Positions 40,494 through 50,415 of a stretch of 64,000 nucleotides of DNA are shown piece after piece. The position numbers were made by a program, and so were the translations under genes. Every line of letters starts with the position of its first letter. Positions within the stretch are counted from its first letter, which is position 1. Source of the DNA: an uncultured virus (IMG/VR IMGVR_UViG_3300020020_000024) (Duplodnaviria; Heunggongvirae; Uroviricota; Caudoviricetes). The notes beneath the pieces are model-generated. The model saw only the letters and a list, made by a program, of their open reading frames with translations. It was not told the origin of the DNA and searched no databases. The stretch lies in IMG/VR virus record IMGVR_UViG_3300020020_000024. One strand, 5' to 3'.

Positions 40494-41365
40494 TGCAAAC
40501 ACCGCTAACAAATATTCAAAAACTAGAAGCCGTTAATTGTTATGTTAATAGCAATATGTCTTTAGAAAAAACTGGTGCTTTGTATAGTGTAACTGGTGGT
40601 GCAGTTTTAAAATGGGTAAAAAGGTTTAAGGTTAAATCAAAGCGCAGGGGTCAATGGCATGGCAGGGAGGAGACGAATAAAAAGATTGTTGAAGCGTATC
40701 TAGCAGGAATGCGAACCAAAGATATTGCAAAAAAATATGAAGTTACTGGTAGGACTGTTTATGATTTGGTAACAAAGGCTGGGTATAAAGCCAAAAAACT
40801 AAATGAGACTCTTGGTATAACTCCAGAATTGAAGGCTAAGGTTGTAAAAATGTATGAGGATGGCATGAATGCATCAGAAATAGCTAAAGAATTAAAAGTT
40901 GTTAGTTGTAATTCGGTATTAGAGTGGGTAAAATATATTAAAAAATCGGCTTCTGAAATAGCCGCAATTAGATGTCAAAAAAAAGGATCATTTATTTATA
41001 AAGGGAATAGAAGTATTGCTGTTACAAGATTTGGGGATATAAAATGCGATAGCAACTATGAAAGGAAAAGAATACTACAGCTTTGTGAAAATGACGATGT
41101 AGTTGATGTTAAAAGATGCCCATATAATATTCAATACTTTTTTGCCGATAAAATAAAATTATACAATCCTGATTTTATTATTACTTATACGAATGATAGA
41201 ATTGTTGTTGAAGAAATAAAACCAAATTACAAGATAGAAGAAAATGTAAATCAGGAAAAGATAAAATCTGCCCTGCTGTTTTTTAATCGTATTAATATAG
41301 AGTTTAGTGTGATTACTGAGAACATCTTATTCCCGACATTAAAACACTTACACAAACAAAGATAA
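40493..41365 (+). CDS. multi-HTH plus TnsA-like PD-(D/E)XK endonuclease (probable free-standing homing endonuclease)
   Basis: Three HTH-like repeats, then DSNYE, YNPDFII, VEEIKP. Confidence 0.7.
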   Translation: MQTPLTNIQKLEAVNCYVNSNMSLEKTGALYSVTGGAVLKWVKRFKVKSKRRGQWHGREETNKKIVEAYLAGMRTKDIAKKYEVTGRTVYDLVTKAGYKAKKLNETLGITPELKAKVVKMYEDGMNASEIAKELKVVSCNSVLEWVKYIKKSASEIAAIRCQKKGSFIYKGNRSIAVTRFGDIKCDSNYERKRILQLCENDDVVDVKRCPYNIQYFFADKIKLYNPDFIITYTNDRIVVEEIKPNYKIEENVNQEKIKSALLFFNRINIEFSVITENILFPTLKHLHKQR

Positions 41366-41368
41366 TTT

Positions 41369-44300
41369 ATGGCCAAGAGTCTTTCAAAAATACTGGAAAA
41401 GAAAAAACATGCTAACCCTATTTACATGGATAAGGAGGATGCAAAAAAATCTATTTCCAAAATCAGCAATAAGAAATTATTATCCTTTATTAAAGAGTTC
41501 GATAAAGATGCTGATGTAAATGATTCTACCACAAAAAAACATCTGGAATCTGTTTTTTGGGCAGAATGGGATAGTCATCATGAGGACGGACAAGATAATG
41601 GTGAGATTGTTTTTCGTGCAGAGACGAGGGGCGGCAAGCGCAGGGTTGATGTTACAAAGTTTAAAGACGGCACTTATACTATTGAAGATTTTAAACATGG
41701 TAGTATAAATGCCATGATGGATTGCTCAAATAAATCTGTTGCTGAATTTGTCATCAATCAATCACTTGATGGTGATGCCAAGATAGACGGCATCAATTAC
41801 ATTGTAAAAAAGAATACTGGAGATATTCGCATTTTGGATATTGATAAAAAAGCAGCACCGCTTACAAAAAAGGAAATTGTAGAAAAACTTTCTCTTGATG
41901 TAAAAGATTTGTATGAAGAAGGCGGTCAGATTAAAAAAACAGAAGATGGTTACGAAGAATATTTGAACGAGCTTTCTGCGCAAACTAATGATCCGGAAAT
42001 TAAAGAACGTCATCCCTATGGTACATGGATGCGCAAGAGTGCGCCTAACGCATTTGAAATAGGCTTCCGCAACTGGTCAAAAGAATATCAGGGCGGCGGT
42101 CAGATTGAAAAAACGGAAGATGAATATGAAGAATATTTGAACGAACTCGGTACACCATCTGCGGATCTAGAAAGTGAAGGAGGTCGCATTCCTGATTCAA
42201 TGCCATACGGTACATGGATGCGTAAGAATGATCAGACTGCCTGGAATGTTGGATATCAGGATTGGTCAAGAGATGATAAATATGCAAAAGGTGGTAGCAC
42301 ATCTATACCTGCAATTGTAATGAGGGCTATGACTGATCGTGTTGTTGATATAGGCCAATTATCTGACCAGGAAATAAAAGACCTTAATAAGTATGTAAAG
42401 AAAGGCGTGTTGATTAAAGGAAAGGGTGGCCCGTTTCCTAAGCCTAAAACAGTATATGCAATTAAGGGCTTTGATTTTGAAAAAAATCGCACAGAAGAAG
42501 TTGAACAAATACTTTCTGATATAGAAAAATTAGAGCCGGGAACTGTTATTCGTTTTGATAAGGGTGGTGCGGTTGATTCTTCAAGAATTGATACTGCACT
42601 ACGCCAATACGCAAATACTGCTCTTTGGTCATCTACTTACATCAAAGATGACGAAGATGTTCCAATGGATCAGGATTATGGCTATGATGACATCTCAGAA
42701 AAAACAATAGCCTGGATGCGCAAGGATGTTGAAAAATTCTTTAATGAGAATATTGACAACATTGATAAATCAGAATTAGATGACGAAGCAGTAGGCCATA
42801 ATTTCTGGCTCAGTCGTAATGGCCACGGGGCCGGATTCTTTGATGCAGGTAGCGGCGATGAATTTGATGAATTGCAACAAGCCGCAAAAAAGTATAAAGA
42901 AGTAAATCTTGAAGTTGGTGACGATGACAAAGTACATGCGTTGCAAGAAAACTTTTCTGCTGGTGGCCAGCCTCTTGGCAGTACAGTTGGTCATCAGTCA
43001 TCATTTGCAAAAGGTGGCGAAATTATTGACGTTTTTACTTATTATGATAACATAGGTGGGAGGCAAACACAAGATTTTTCTTCACTAGAAGAAATTAAAA
43101 AACATATTGAAGATTTTGGTTGGCATGGAGACTCCGAAGGAGTAGTTTACAAAAATGGTCGTCCTGTATTGGAATATATTAGTAGAGAAAACGATCCAGT
43201 TGTTTTTACAGATGTTGAATTTAAAATAAATGGTCAGGTAACTCCTGAAATGGCAGAAAAATTAACCGATGAGTTTTGGAAAAAATACGGAAGGGATGAA
43301 GACGATACCAATCAAATTAAAATTTACGAATTATATGGTCAATATGATTTATATGAAAAGTATGATGAACGTTCATCAGAAATAGCACTTGGTTCAAAAG
43401 AACTTTACGCACTTCTTTCGCAAGATGATCTTAATGGTTTGTATAATGATTTGAAGAAGATATTTGATGGAGACTCGTCATTTGAAAAAGGCGGTAATGT
43501 GCAAACAGACAATCTTCGTGTGGGTGTACGGGAATTTTTGAACGAACTTGATTCAATTGGTACTGATCTTGACAATGAAGATGAAGCGACAATTGCAGAT
43601 GCAAGGTATGCGTTGGATGAAATGTTAGAGGATAAAACAAATCTTACTGTTACTGCGGTTAAAAGGATCGTGAAAAATGTTTCTAATATTGATTTTTCTG
43701 ATGAAGTAGAAGAAGAAACAAAAGAAAGATTAAAATCGGCGATAACAGAAATGAATAGAGTTTTATCTGGTAAAAAAGCAAAAAAGCAATTGCGAATAAG
43801 CGCCCATGTATGGCTTACGGCGGCAGAAGAATATTTGAAGAACGCCTATTTTCTTGAACTTAATGATATGGACTTGGATGTGGATAAGGCATTAACAGCT
43901 ATTCAAGAAAATGAAAATCCTGTTGAGTATATTGATGCTTATGCCTTAAAACATGATCTTGATAAAAACCCTGAATATGACTGGAAAGAACAAAAAGCTT
44001 TATTAAAAAAAATTGGATATGATGAATATTCAGAAGGTGGGATATTGGACGAAGAAGATCAAACATTATCTGATCAGGCAGATGAAGCCCGTGCGAAAAT
44101 AAATGAAATAGGAAAAGAACTTGGTGGTAAAGGTTATGCTCCGTACATATCCGGCCCATACCCTTTTGCATGGTATTATAAAGATGAAAATGATGAACCG
44201 AAGTTAGTACCTGAGAAGTATCAATCACAGCTTAGTGAATTGGCAGAAAAAGTTCAGGAATGGGATTCAAGATTAATGGAACTGGAATGGAAAAGTGAAT

Positions 44301-46096
44301 TTGAATCAGCAGAAGGCGAAGATGATAACGGAGAAGAAGGAGAACCATTCGCAACAGGCGGTGTCGTTGATAATCCAACCTATAATGATAAGAATCAGAA
44401 AACGGCAAATGGGATTTGGTTTACCGATGATTTTGTTGGTCATGCAGGTGCAAACTTTATCATATTTCCAGGAGATAATCACACAAAGGAAGATATTAGA
44501 AAGGCAAAAGCCTGGTTGCGTGATAATCGTGATGTGACTAGTATTGCAACAGCACAAGAAGAAGATCTAGACGAAGCGTACCGTTCTGCAATTTTCCGTC
44601 ATAAGAAAACCAAACCGCTTAAATGGTATCAGGTAAATGCAGATGATTATAAAGTTATCCGCAAGGAAAGGAAAGCCGGAACTTCAATTGATGATTTTGT
44701 TGAAAAGCATGTAATGCCACATATTGAAGAAACAGAAAACAAGAATATAAAAAAGTATGGCGAAGAAATTCGCAAGAGTTCTTACTTTGAAAAAGGTGGC
44801 CAGCCACTCGGTAGCAATGTTGGTCATCAATCTTCATTTGCATGGGGCGGTGTTGTTGGAGAAAAAAGAGCAAAAGATATTGCAGCATACATGGCGAAGT
44901 TGGGAGTTCAGCAAAAAGTTGACCTACCATATTTAAAAGAGTTTTCAGAAAAGGGATTAGTATTGGAAAACTTTTTTAAGATATTAGATGAATTACATGA
45001 TAAAGTAAATGTTGAAGGTGGAATCAGGATCAACTATGATGATAGTGTTAGGCTGAGTAATTATTTTATGGAGTATAGACTTACTCCAACGCAAGCCGAA
45101 CTGGTTAAGATATTCGGCCCGGATAAAATGGTAGATAAAAGGATAAGTTTCGCAGCAGGTGGCCAGCCTCTTGGTAGTACGGTTGATCATCAATCATCCT
45201 TTGCAAAAGGCGGTAAGAGCGAAAAGAAACTTGTACCTGGAATATTTGAGATTCCTGGAAGTGATCCGGAACACGATGTTCTTAGATATGAAGGATACCA
45301 TGATCCCGAAATTAGATGGAATGGTTTTGCAACACCTGAGTTCACTAAGGATGTAGCTACTAAAATATTAGAAGAAGCAAAGTATAAATATCGTTTTGAT
45401 GGTGAAAATCTATTTGCAACATTTGAGGAAGAAGATGGAGAACAAGAAATACCTGTATTGAAAAGAACGATTGATGGTAAGAAAGTGAATATGTATGGTG
45501 TTGGTTCGTTTGAATGGGTTTGGGAAGTAGCAAATACAGATGAAAAATTTATGGTTGAAGCAGATGACGAAAAATATGATCTTGATGCATTCCTTACTAA
45601 GTATAGCGATGAATTAACTTCCGAAGAAGAAGCGGACATTAAAAACTTGAAGCCGGGAGAAACATTGACTATTGAATCAATAGGGATGGTGAAGGTTTCA
45701 AGATTAAAGCCTGATGAATATGCAAAGGGTGGCAAGACAAAAGAAAAGGTTCAATTAGGAAAATCTTTGAACTGGTGGGATGAACTTGCAGAAGTAAGTG
45801 AAACAGGGGCATGGGGTGAAGATAAAGAGTATTTTACAGAGGCATTTGAGATCACAAAGAAAGCGGGAACAAAAAAAGACCTTGCCGCTTTCCGTGAAAA
45901 AGTTATTCCATTGTTCAATAAGCCAGAGGATCAAAGATTGCGCCATATCGGGATAGGGATCATGAACGATGTTCGTGCAATTGAAAGGAGTGAAACAGAT
46001 TACAGGTTTAATTATAAAACGAGTAAGGGAAATAGCTTTGCAACAAAGGGCTTATTTGATCTCTATCGTCAGGCATACACATACGGAGATAAATAA
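41369..46096 (+). CDS. 1575-aa acidic multi-module protein punctuated by 14 [FY]xxGG motifs
   Basis: Motifs counted by eye in the translation; three QPLGS..HQSSF cassettes. Confidence 0.85.
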   Translation: MAKSLSKILEKKKHANPIYMDKEDAKKSISKISNKKLLSFIKEFDKDADVNDSTTKKHLESVFWAEWDSHHEDGQDNGEIVFRAETRGGKRRVDVTKFKDGTYTIEDFKHGSINAMMDCSNKSVAEFVINQSLDGDAKIDGINYIVKKNTGDIRILDIDKKAAPLTKKEIVEKLSLDVKDLYEEGGQIKKTEDGYEEYLNELSAQTNDPEIKERHPYGTWMRKSAPNAFEIGFRNWSKEYQGGGQIEKTEDEYEEYLNELGTPSADLESEGGRIPDSMPYGTWMRKNDQTAWNVGYQDWSRDDKYAKGGSTSIPAIVMRAMTDRVVDIGQLSDQEIKDLNKYVKKGVLIKGKGGPFPKPKTVYAIKGFDFEKNRTEEVEQILSDIEKLEPGTVIRFDKGGAVDSSRIDTALRQYANTALWSSTYIKDDEDVPMDQDYGYDDISEKTIAWMRKDVEKFFNENIDNIDKSELDDEAVGHNFWLSRNGHGAGFFDAGSGDEFDELQQAAKKYKEVNLEVGDDDKVHALQENFSAGGQPLGSTVGHQSSFAKGGEIIDVFTYYDNIGGRQTQDFSSLEEIKKHIEDFGWHGDSEGVVYKNGRPVLEYISRENDPVVFTDVEFKINGQVTPEMAEKLTDEFWKKYGRDEDDTNQIKIYELYGQYDLYEKYDERSSEIALGSKELYALLSQDDLNGLYNDLKKIFDGDSSFEKGGNVQTDNLRVGVREFLNELDSIGTDLDNEDEATIADARYALDEMLEDKTNLTVTAVKRIVKNVSNIDFSDEVEEETKERLKSAITEMNRVLSGKKAKKQLRISAHVWLTAAEEYLKNAYFLELNDMDLDVDKALTAIQENENPVEYIDAYALKHDLDKNPEYDWKEQKALLKKIGYDEYSEGGILDEEDQTLSDQADEARAKINEIGKELGGKGYAPYISGPYPFAWYYKDENDEPKLVPEKYQSQLSELAEKVQEWDSRLMELEWKSEFESAEGEDDNGEEGEPFATGGVVDNPTYNDKNQKTANGIWFTDDFVGHAGANFIIFPGDNHTKEDIRKAKAWLRDNRDVTSIATAQEEDLDEAYRSAIFRHKKTKPLKWYQVNADDYKVIRKERKAGTSIDDFVEKHVMPHIEETENKNIKKYGEEIRKSSYFEKGGQPLGSNVGHQSSFAWGGVVGEKRAKDIAAYMAKLGVQQKVDLPYLKEFSEKGLVLENFFKILDELHDKVNVEGGIRINYDDSVRLSNYFMEYRLTPTQAELVKIFGPDKMVDKRISFAAGGQPLGSTVDHQSSFAKGGKSEKKLVPGIFEIPGSDPEHDVLRYEGYHDPEIRWNGFATPEFTKDVATKILEEAKYKYRFDGENLFATFEEEDGEQEIPVLKRTIDGKKVNMYGVGSFEWVWEVANTDEKFMVEADDEKYDLDAFLTKYSDELTSEEEADIKNLKPGETLTIESIGMVKVSRLKPDEYAKGGKTKEKVQLGKSLNWWDELAEVSETGAWGEDKEYFTEAFEITKKAGTKKDLAAFREKVIPLFNKPEDQRLRHIGIGIMNDVRAIERSETDYRFNYKTSKGNSFATKGLFDLYRQAYTYGDK

Positions 46097-49000
46097 TTTT
46101 TAATTCTTTTTTAAAAAATGTTATGGCTAAGAAATCAAGACTTTCTAAAATCCTAAATAAAAACCGAACTAAAAAAGCGGTTGTAAAGGATAAGGGTATT
46201 AAAGCAAAACATCCTGGTAAGCGTACAAGCGCATCAGGAAATGAGTATTGGGAAGGTCGTGGAAATCGTAGCGATGCTGATCGCAGAAAGAAATTTGAAG
46301 AAGGCGGCGGTGTAAGGCCAGGTCGTAAATTGACAATGAATCCAGAATTTCCGGTTCTTCATAAAAAGTATCATGAGTTAATTACTATTAAAGGGTATGG
46401 TAGAAAAAAAATGAGTATAACTCAATTGTCTGCTGATTCCGAATACAGGCAAGCTGCAAAAAAGTTATTTCCGGGCATGAGTGAAGAAGCTCATAAGCAG
46501 AAAGCAGCAGAATATGCCAATGATTATCAAAGAAAGCAGAGTACTTACAATAAAACAGTAAACGAAGAATTCAAAAAGGTATTCAATCGTGAATATCATG
46601 TATCTGATTATAAGGTAAGCGGAATTGTGAGAGAAGAATTTTCGGATGAAGTAAAAAACAAATTGAGGAATTTGATCCGTGATATGAATTTATATGAAGC
46701 TGCTTTTGATGTTCACAATTCAATGCTGAAAAAAAAGGACAAATTGAATTTAGAATTTGAGCAGGGTGGCCAGCCGCACGGTAGCACAGCAGGTCATGAG
46801 TCATCATTTGAAAAAGGTGGTTCAATAGAAGTACTTGAATTCACGATCCCTAATTGGGCTGTATCCCCGTTAATCAATGCTGATAATAGTGCGTTGACTG
46901 ATGAAGATGAAGAAAAGCTAAACAAGTTTACTGACCGCATTGTTAAAAAGTATGGCAATGCTAATTTTTCTTTGCCATCAGATGATGAATTAGAATTAGG
47001 ATTTCTTTCACAAAATGATATTGACAACCTCGGTGGTGATTGTGTTAAGTTATTACTCATGCCATCAAAAGAGTACGCAAAAGGTGGCAAGACATCTGAT
47101 ACAATCCCTTTTTCAAATAAAAAAGAAGGTGTATTTATTGCCTATCCATATAGAAAAAAGTATGTAATAGTTGATAACGTTATTGAAAAGTTGTGGGCTA
47201 ATGAATTATTTGACAATAAGCAGGACGCTATTGATTTCGCTAAGCAAAACAACCTTGATCTGATTGACGAAGAAACGCATTCTTATGAATCATATTATAA
47301 GTATGATCGTGGTGGCATGATTGCTGATTTGAAGGCCGACAAAGAAAAGTTTGATAGCATCTTCAACAACGATGATATAATGGTATTGAAGATTTCCAGT
47401 AAGAACCCATTATCATCACAACTGGAAAAGATTACAGGTGATTCCTGGAACGCTCAGGATTTTGAAGGTGATGATCTTTCGTTGGGTAAAATCATCACTA
47501 ATAAAAAAACCGGAAAAAAGTTTACCGTTGTAAATGAAAAAGAATGGGAAGATATTTTCGGTAAAGGTGCGACCTATGAGGGGCCAGCAAGAGCAAGCGG
47601 GATCATTGGTAATTTTTACGGTGAATTTAAAAAAGGATTCAGTTCAGAACAAAGAGTAAAAGATTTTTTCCAGGCCATCTATGATAATGATATTGCTATT
47701 CATCCTGACGATGATTTCAATGATATTGTTTGGTATGGATCGAGAGGCGATACAGAAGGAACAAAAACATTTACAGAGGACGAAGCTGAGCAGTTAAATA
47801 AAATAATGGAAAATGCTTTTAAGTTCTGTGATGAAAAAGGCTTAGACATCTACGAAGTTGCAGGGGAAGTTCAACAAGCAGAGTTTATTAAACGTGGAAT
47901 TATTCCCGTATATAATGGTGGAGATTACATAATGTATTCAATTGACGGAGAAGAACCAATCACATTAACTGAGTTTTATAATGCTAATAGCGGCGAAGGT
48001 GTTGAACCTTTACCGCTTGAATGGTGGTTACAGGTAAGAGCATTAAAGCCGGGAGAAAAAATGGGTAATGAACATTCTCATACTGGTTCGGGAACTATTG
48101 AAAGAATGCCTGATGCCGAAACAATGTCTAATGGTGGCGTAATGAGCAGAGATGAATATGGTGCTGCAAGAGATAAGTACGACCAGCTTACAGATTTATA
48201 TGCAGATGCTGAAACGGACGAAGAAAAGCAGAAATTACAGATACGAATCGATGAACTAGCTACAAAGATTCATCAATATGAAAGACCTGAACTATATTCA
48301 AAATTTAATGAAGGAGGAAAAACCAACATGAAAAATAATAAACTTAAAGGGCTACAAGGAAAAAGTCAATCGCAGCTTGCTGATATGTATAAGGAAAAAT
48401 ACGAAATTGATGCTAGTCATCAATCGTACAATACGCTGCTTGCTGCACTTTATTTTGACAAAAGAATCAAATATCTTACGGAAGAAGAAATCAACGAAGT
48501 GAGAAATTTTGAGTCCGGTGGTCAGCCACTAGGTAGCACCGTTGGTCATCAATCAATGTTTTTCAAAGGAGGCACACCTAAAAAGCAAATAGCAAATTCA
48601 TCAACCACCCCAATTAAATACGGTAAGAAAGGTTCAAGTCAAAGGGCTGATGGCGGTTTCGCTGGCCAGCCTCTGGGTAGTACGGTTGGTCATCAATCAT
48701 CATTTGCAAAAGGTGGTGTTGTTCGTCTTGATAGTTTTAAACATCAGGTTGAGCATAATGGAAAAATATATGTTCCTATCAACATGAAAGAATATCATAG
48801 CGGTAGAGATTTATCCAGACGTTTTAAAGCAAATTCTGATATTGCTCCTAAAGATTGGATCACAGTTGAAGTAGAAATGAGTCGCAATCTTCGTGGTAGA
48901 AATGATCTTCATGGTAAACCATATCAACCAAGTCAATATATTTTTGTTGAAAAGAGTTTAGCAAGCCAGGTGTTTCAGTCCGGTGGCCAGCCTCTTGGTA

Positions 49001-50043
49001 GTAATCTTGGTCATCAATCATCATTTAAAAAAGGTGGTCAGGCAGCTATAAAAGAAGGAGATGAAATTCCAGAACAATTAGTTTATATGTGGCCAAGTTG
49101 GGATGAAGATGTTGACGACATGAAAATAAATTTTATTGTAAAGGGAATAAGAAATACCGAAGCAGAAGGACATATCGGTAGAAAGAAAATGTATTATGTC
49201 TGCGTTGTTCCAGAAGGAACTGCTAAGAAAGTTGATGCTTATGATGTAGATGCAGAAGAATTGGAGAGTATGGAAACGCAAGAAACATTTATACCTGTTC
49301 GTGATAGAAGAATAAAAGAAAGAATAGGTACGCAATCGGCAACAATGTTTTTCAAGGGAGGCACACCAAGAAAACAAGTTGCTGCTAATAATCCATCTGC
49401 GCCTCGTTACGGTAAAAGAGTTTCAGGACAAAAAGCTGATGGTGGTTTCGCTGGCCAGCCTCTTGGTAGCAATCTTGGTCATCAATCATCATTTGATAAA
49501 GGTGGTAAGGCTAAGGCAAAAAAAGCACCTGAAATAATCTTGCATTGGATAGAAAAAAGAATAACCGAGGATAATCATAGTGAAGGGCAGAACCCTGAGA
49601 CAATGCAAACGATATTTTGGGAGCAGCTTAATAAAACATCAATGTCTAAGGCAGGATTATTTGAGTTCCTGAACGAGAAATACGGATTGCCGAATGATCC
49701 GAAGAAATATACCGCATTTGAGAATGGTCGTTTGACTTATTCAAGAATAGAAGATGGCGAAGGGGATATTCCAAGCGCTGCAATGATGCAACAGTTCAAT
49801 GAGGATAAAATAAATCTATGGTCTGCTGATTTTGATATTTATATTTCTTATGCAGTTATCAGGCCAGTATCGGTAGAAGAAATGGCCGAATGGGGTGCAG
49901 AAAAATATGAGCAGGGCGGCGCAGTTGCCGGGTCGGAACATTTAAACATTGCTTATCCTGCGGACACAGCCGGATATTTTAAAGATGGTGGTAAACCGCT
50001 CGGTAGCGATGTTGGCCATCAAAGTCAATTTAAGCAGGGCGGC
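42962..50043 (+). repeat. dispersed 57-nt coding repeat, 9 copies (GGQPLGSxxGHQSSFxKGG)
   Basis: Copies start near 42962, 44795, 45158, 46765, 48517, 48661, 48982, 49450 and 49987. Confidence 0.95.
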
Positions 50044-50403
50044 GTTGCTCGTATTCCAAACCAGGAAGCAAATGTTTATGCTGAATTGAAAGAGGATTTC
50101 AAGGGAAACAACCTGGAAGGAAAAACATTGGACAATAAAGATTATGCTGTTCTCAGCTTTGGTCATTATCCTATTTGGTATTTCAATAGTCAGGAGCAGA
50201 AGTGGTATGGGAATAAAGACCCATATTCTACAAGCACTAAGAGACATATTGCTGAAAGTCGTCCTGATTGGAATGCAACTATTTTATCACATGAAGAAAT
50301 GCTTAAAAAAATGCAGACGGCGCAGGAATTTGATCTCGGTGGTATCGTAGTGCAGGAAATGTTCCCGCATAATATTGATAATACCGGACTGGCCAAAAAC
50401 TAA
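46123..50403 (+). CDS. 1426-aa multi-module protein with about 18 [FYM]xxGG motifs
   Basis: Basic N-terminus; six QPLGS-type cassettes. Confidence 0.85.
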   Translation: MAKKSRLSKILNKNRTKKAVVKDKGIKAKHPGKRTSASGNEYWEGRGNRSDADRRKKFEEGGGVRPGRKLTMNPEFPVLHKKYHELITIKGYGRKKMSITQLSADSEYRQAAKKLFPGMSEEAHKQKAAEYANDYQRKQSTYNKTVNEEFKKVFNREYHVSDYKVSGIVREEFSDEVKNKLRNLIRDMNLYEAAFDVHNSMLKKKDKLNLEFEQGGQPHGSTAGHESSFEKGGSIEVLEFTIPNWAVSPLINADNSALTDEDEEKLNKFTDRIVKKYGNANFSLPSDDELELGFLSQNDIDNLGGDCVKLLLMPSKEYAKGGKTSDTIPFSNKKEGVFIAYPYRKKYVIVDNVIEKLWANELFDNKQDAIDFAKQNNLDLIDEETHSYESYYKYDRGGMIADLKADKEKFDSIFNNDDIMVLKISSKNPLSSQLEKITGDSWNAQDFEGDDLSLGKIITNKKTGKKFTVVNEKEWEDIFGKGATYEGPARASGIIGNFYGEFKKGFSSEQRVKDFFQAIYDNDIAIHPDDDFNDIVWYGSRGDTEGTKTFTEDEAEQLNKIMENAFKFCDEKGLDIYEVAGEVQQAEFIKRGIIPVYNGGDYIMYSIDGEEPITLTEFYNANSGEGVEPLPLEWWLQVRALKPGEKMGNEHSHTGSGTIERMPDAETMSNGGVMSRDEYGAARDKYDQLTDLYADAETDEEKQKLQIRIDELATKIHQYERPELYSKFNEGGKTNMKNNKLKGLQGKSQSQLADMYKEKYEIDASHQSYNTLLAALYFDKRIKYLTEEEINEVRNFESGGQPLGSTVGHQSMFFKGGTPKKQIANSSTTPIKYGKKGSSQRADGGFAGQPLGSTVGHQSSFAKGGVVRLDSFKHQVEHNGKIYVPINMKEYHSGRDLSRRFKANSDIAPKDWITVEVEMSRNLRGRNDLHGKPYQPSQYIFVEKSLASQVFQSGGQPLGSNLGHQSSFKKGGQAAIKEGDEIPEQLVYMWPSWDEDVDDMKINFIVKGIRNTEAEGHIGRKKMYYVCVVPEGTAKKVDAYDVDAEELESMETQETFIPVRDRRIKERIGTQSATMFFKGGTPRKQVAANNPSAPRYGKRVSGQKADGGFAGQPLGSNLGHQSSFDKGGKAKAKKAPEIILHWIEKRITEDNHSEGQNPETMQTIFWEQLNKTSMSKAGLFEFLNEKYGLPNDPKKYTAFENGRLTYSRIEDGEGDIPSAAMMQQFNEDKINLWSADFDIYISYAVIRPVSVEEMAEWGAEKYEQGGAVAGSEHLNIAYPADTAGYFKDGGKPLGSDVGHQSQFKQGGVARIPNQEANVYAELKEDFKGNNLEGKTLDNKDYAVLSFGHYPIWYFNSQEQKWYGNKDPYSTSTKRHIAESRPDWNATILSHEEMLKKMQTAQEFDLGGIVVQEMFPHNIDNTGLAKN

Positions 50404-50415
50404 GAAAAACCGAAC

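Noticed and set aside
40493..41365. Tn7-like transposon
   Set aside because: Only a TnsA-like nuclease domain is present, with no TnsB/C/D and no terminal repeats seen
42962..50043. The 57-nt repeats as a CRISPR array or DGR template/variable repeats
   Set aside because: Spacing is irregular (about 140 to 1800 nt), all copies are in frame and vary at synonymous sites, and no cas or reverse transcriptase gene is present
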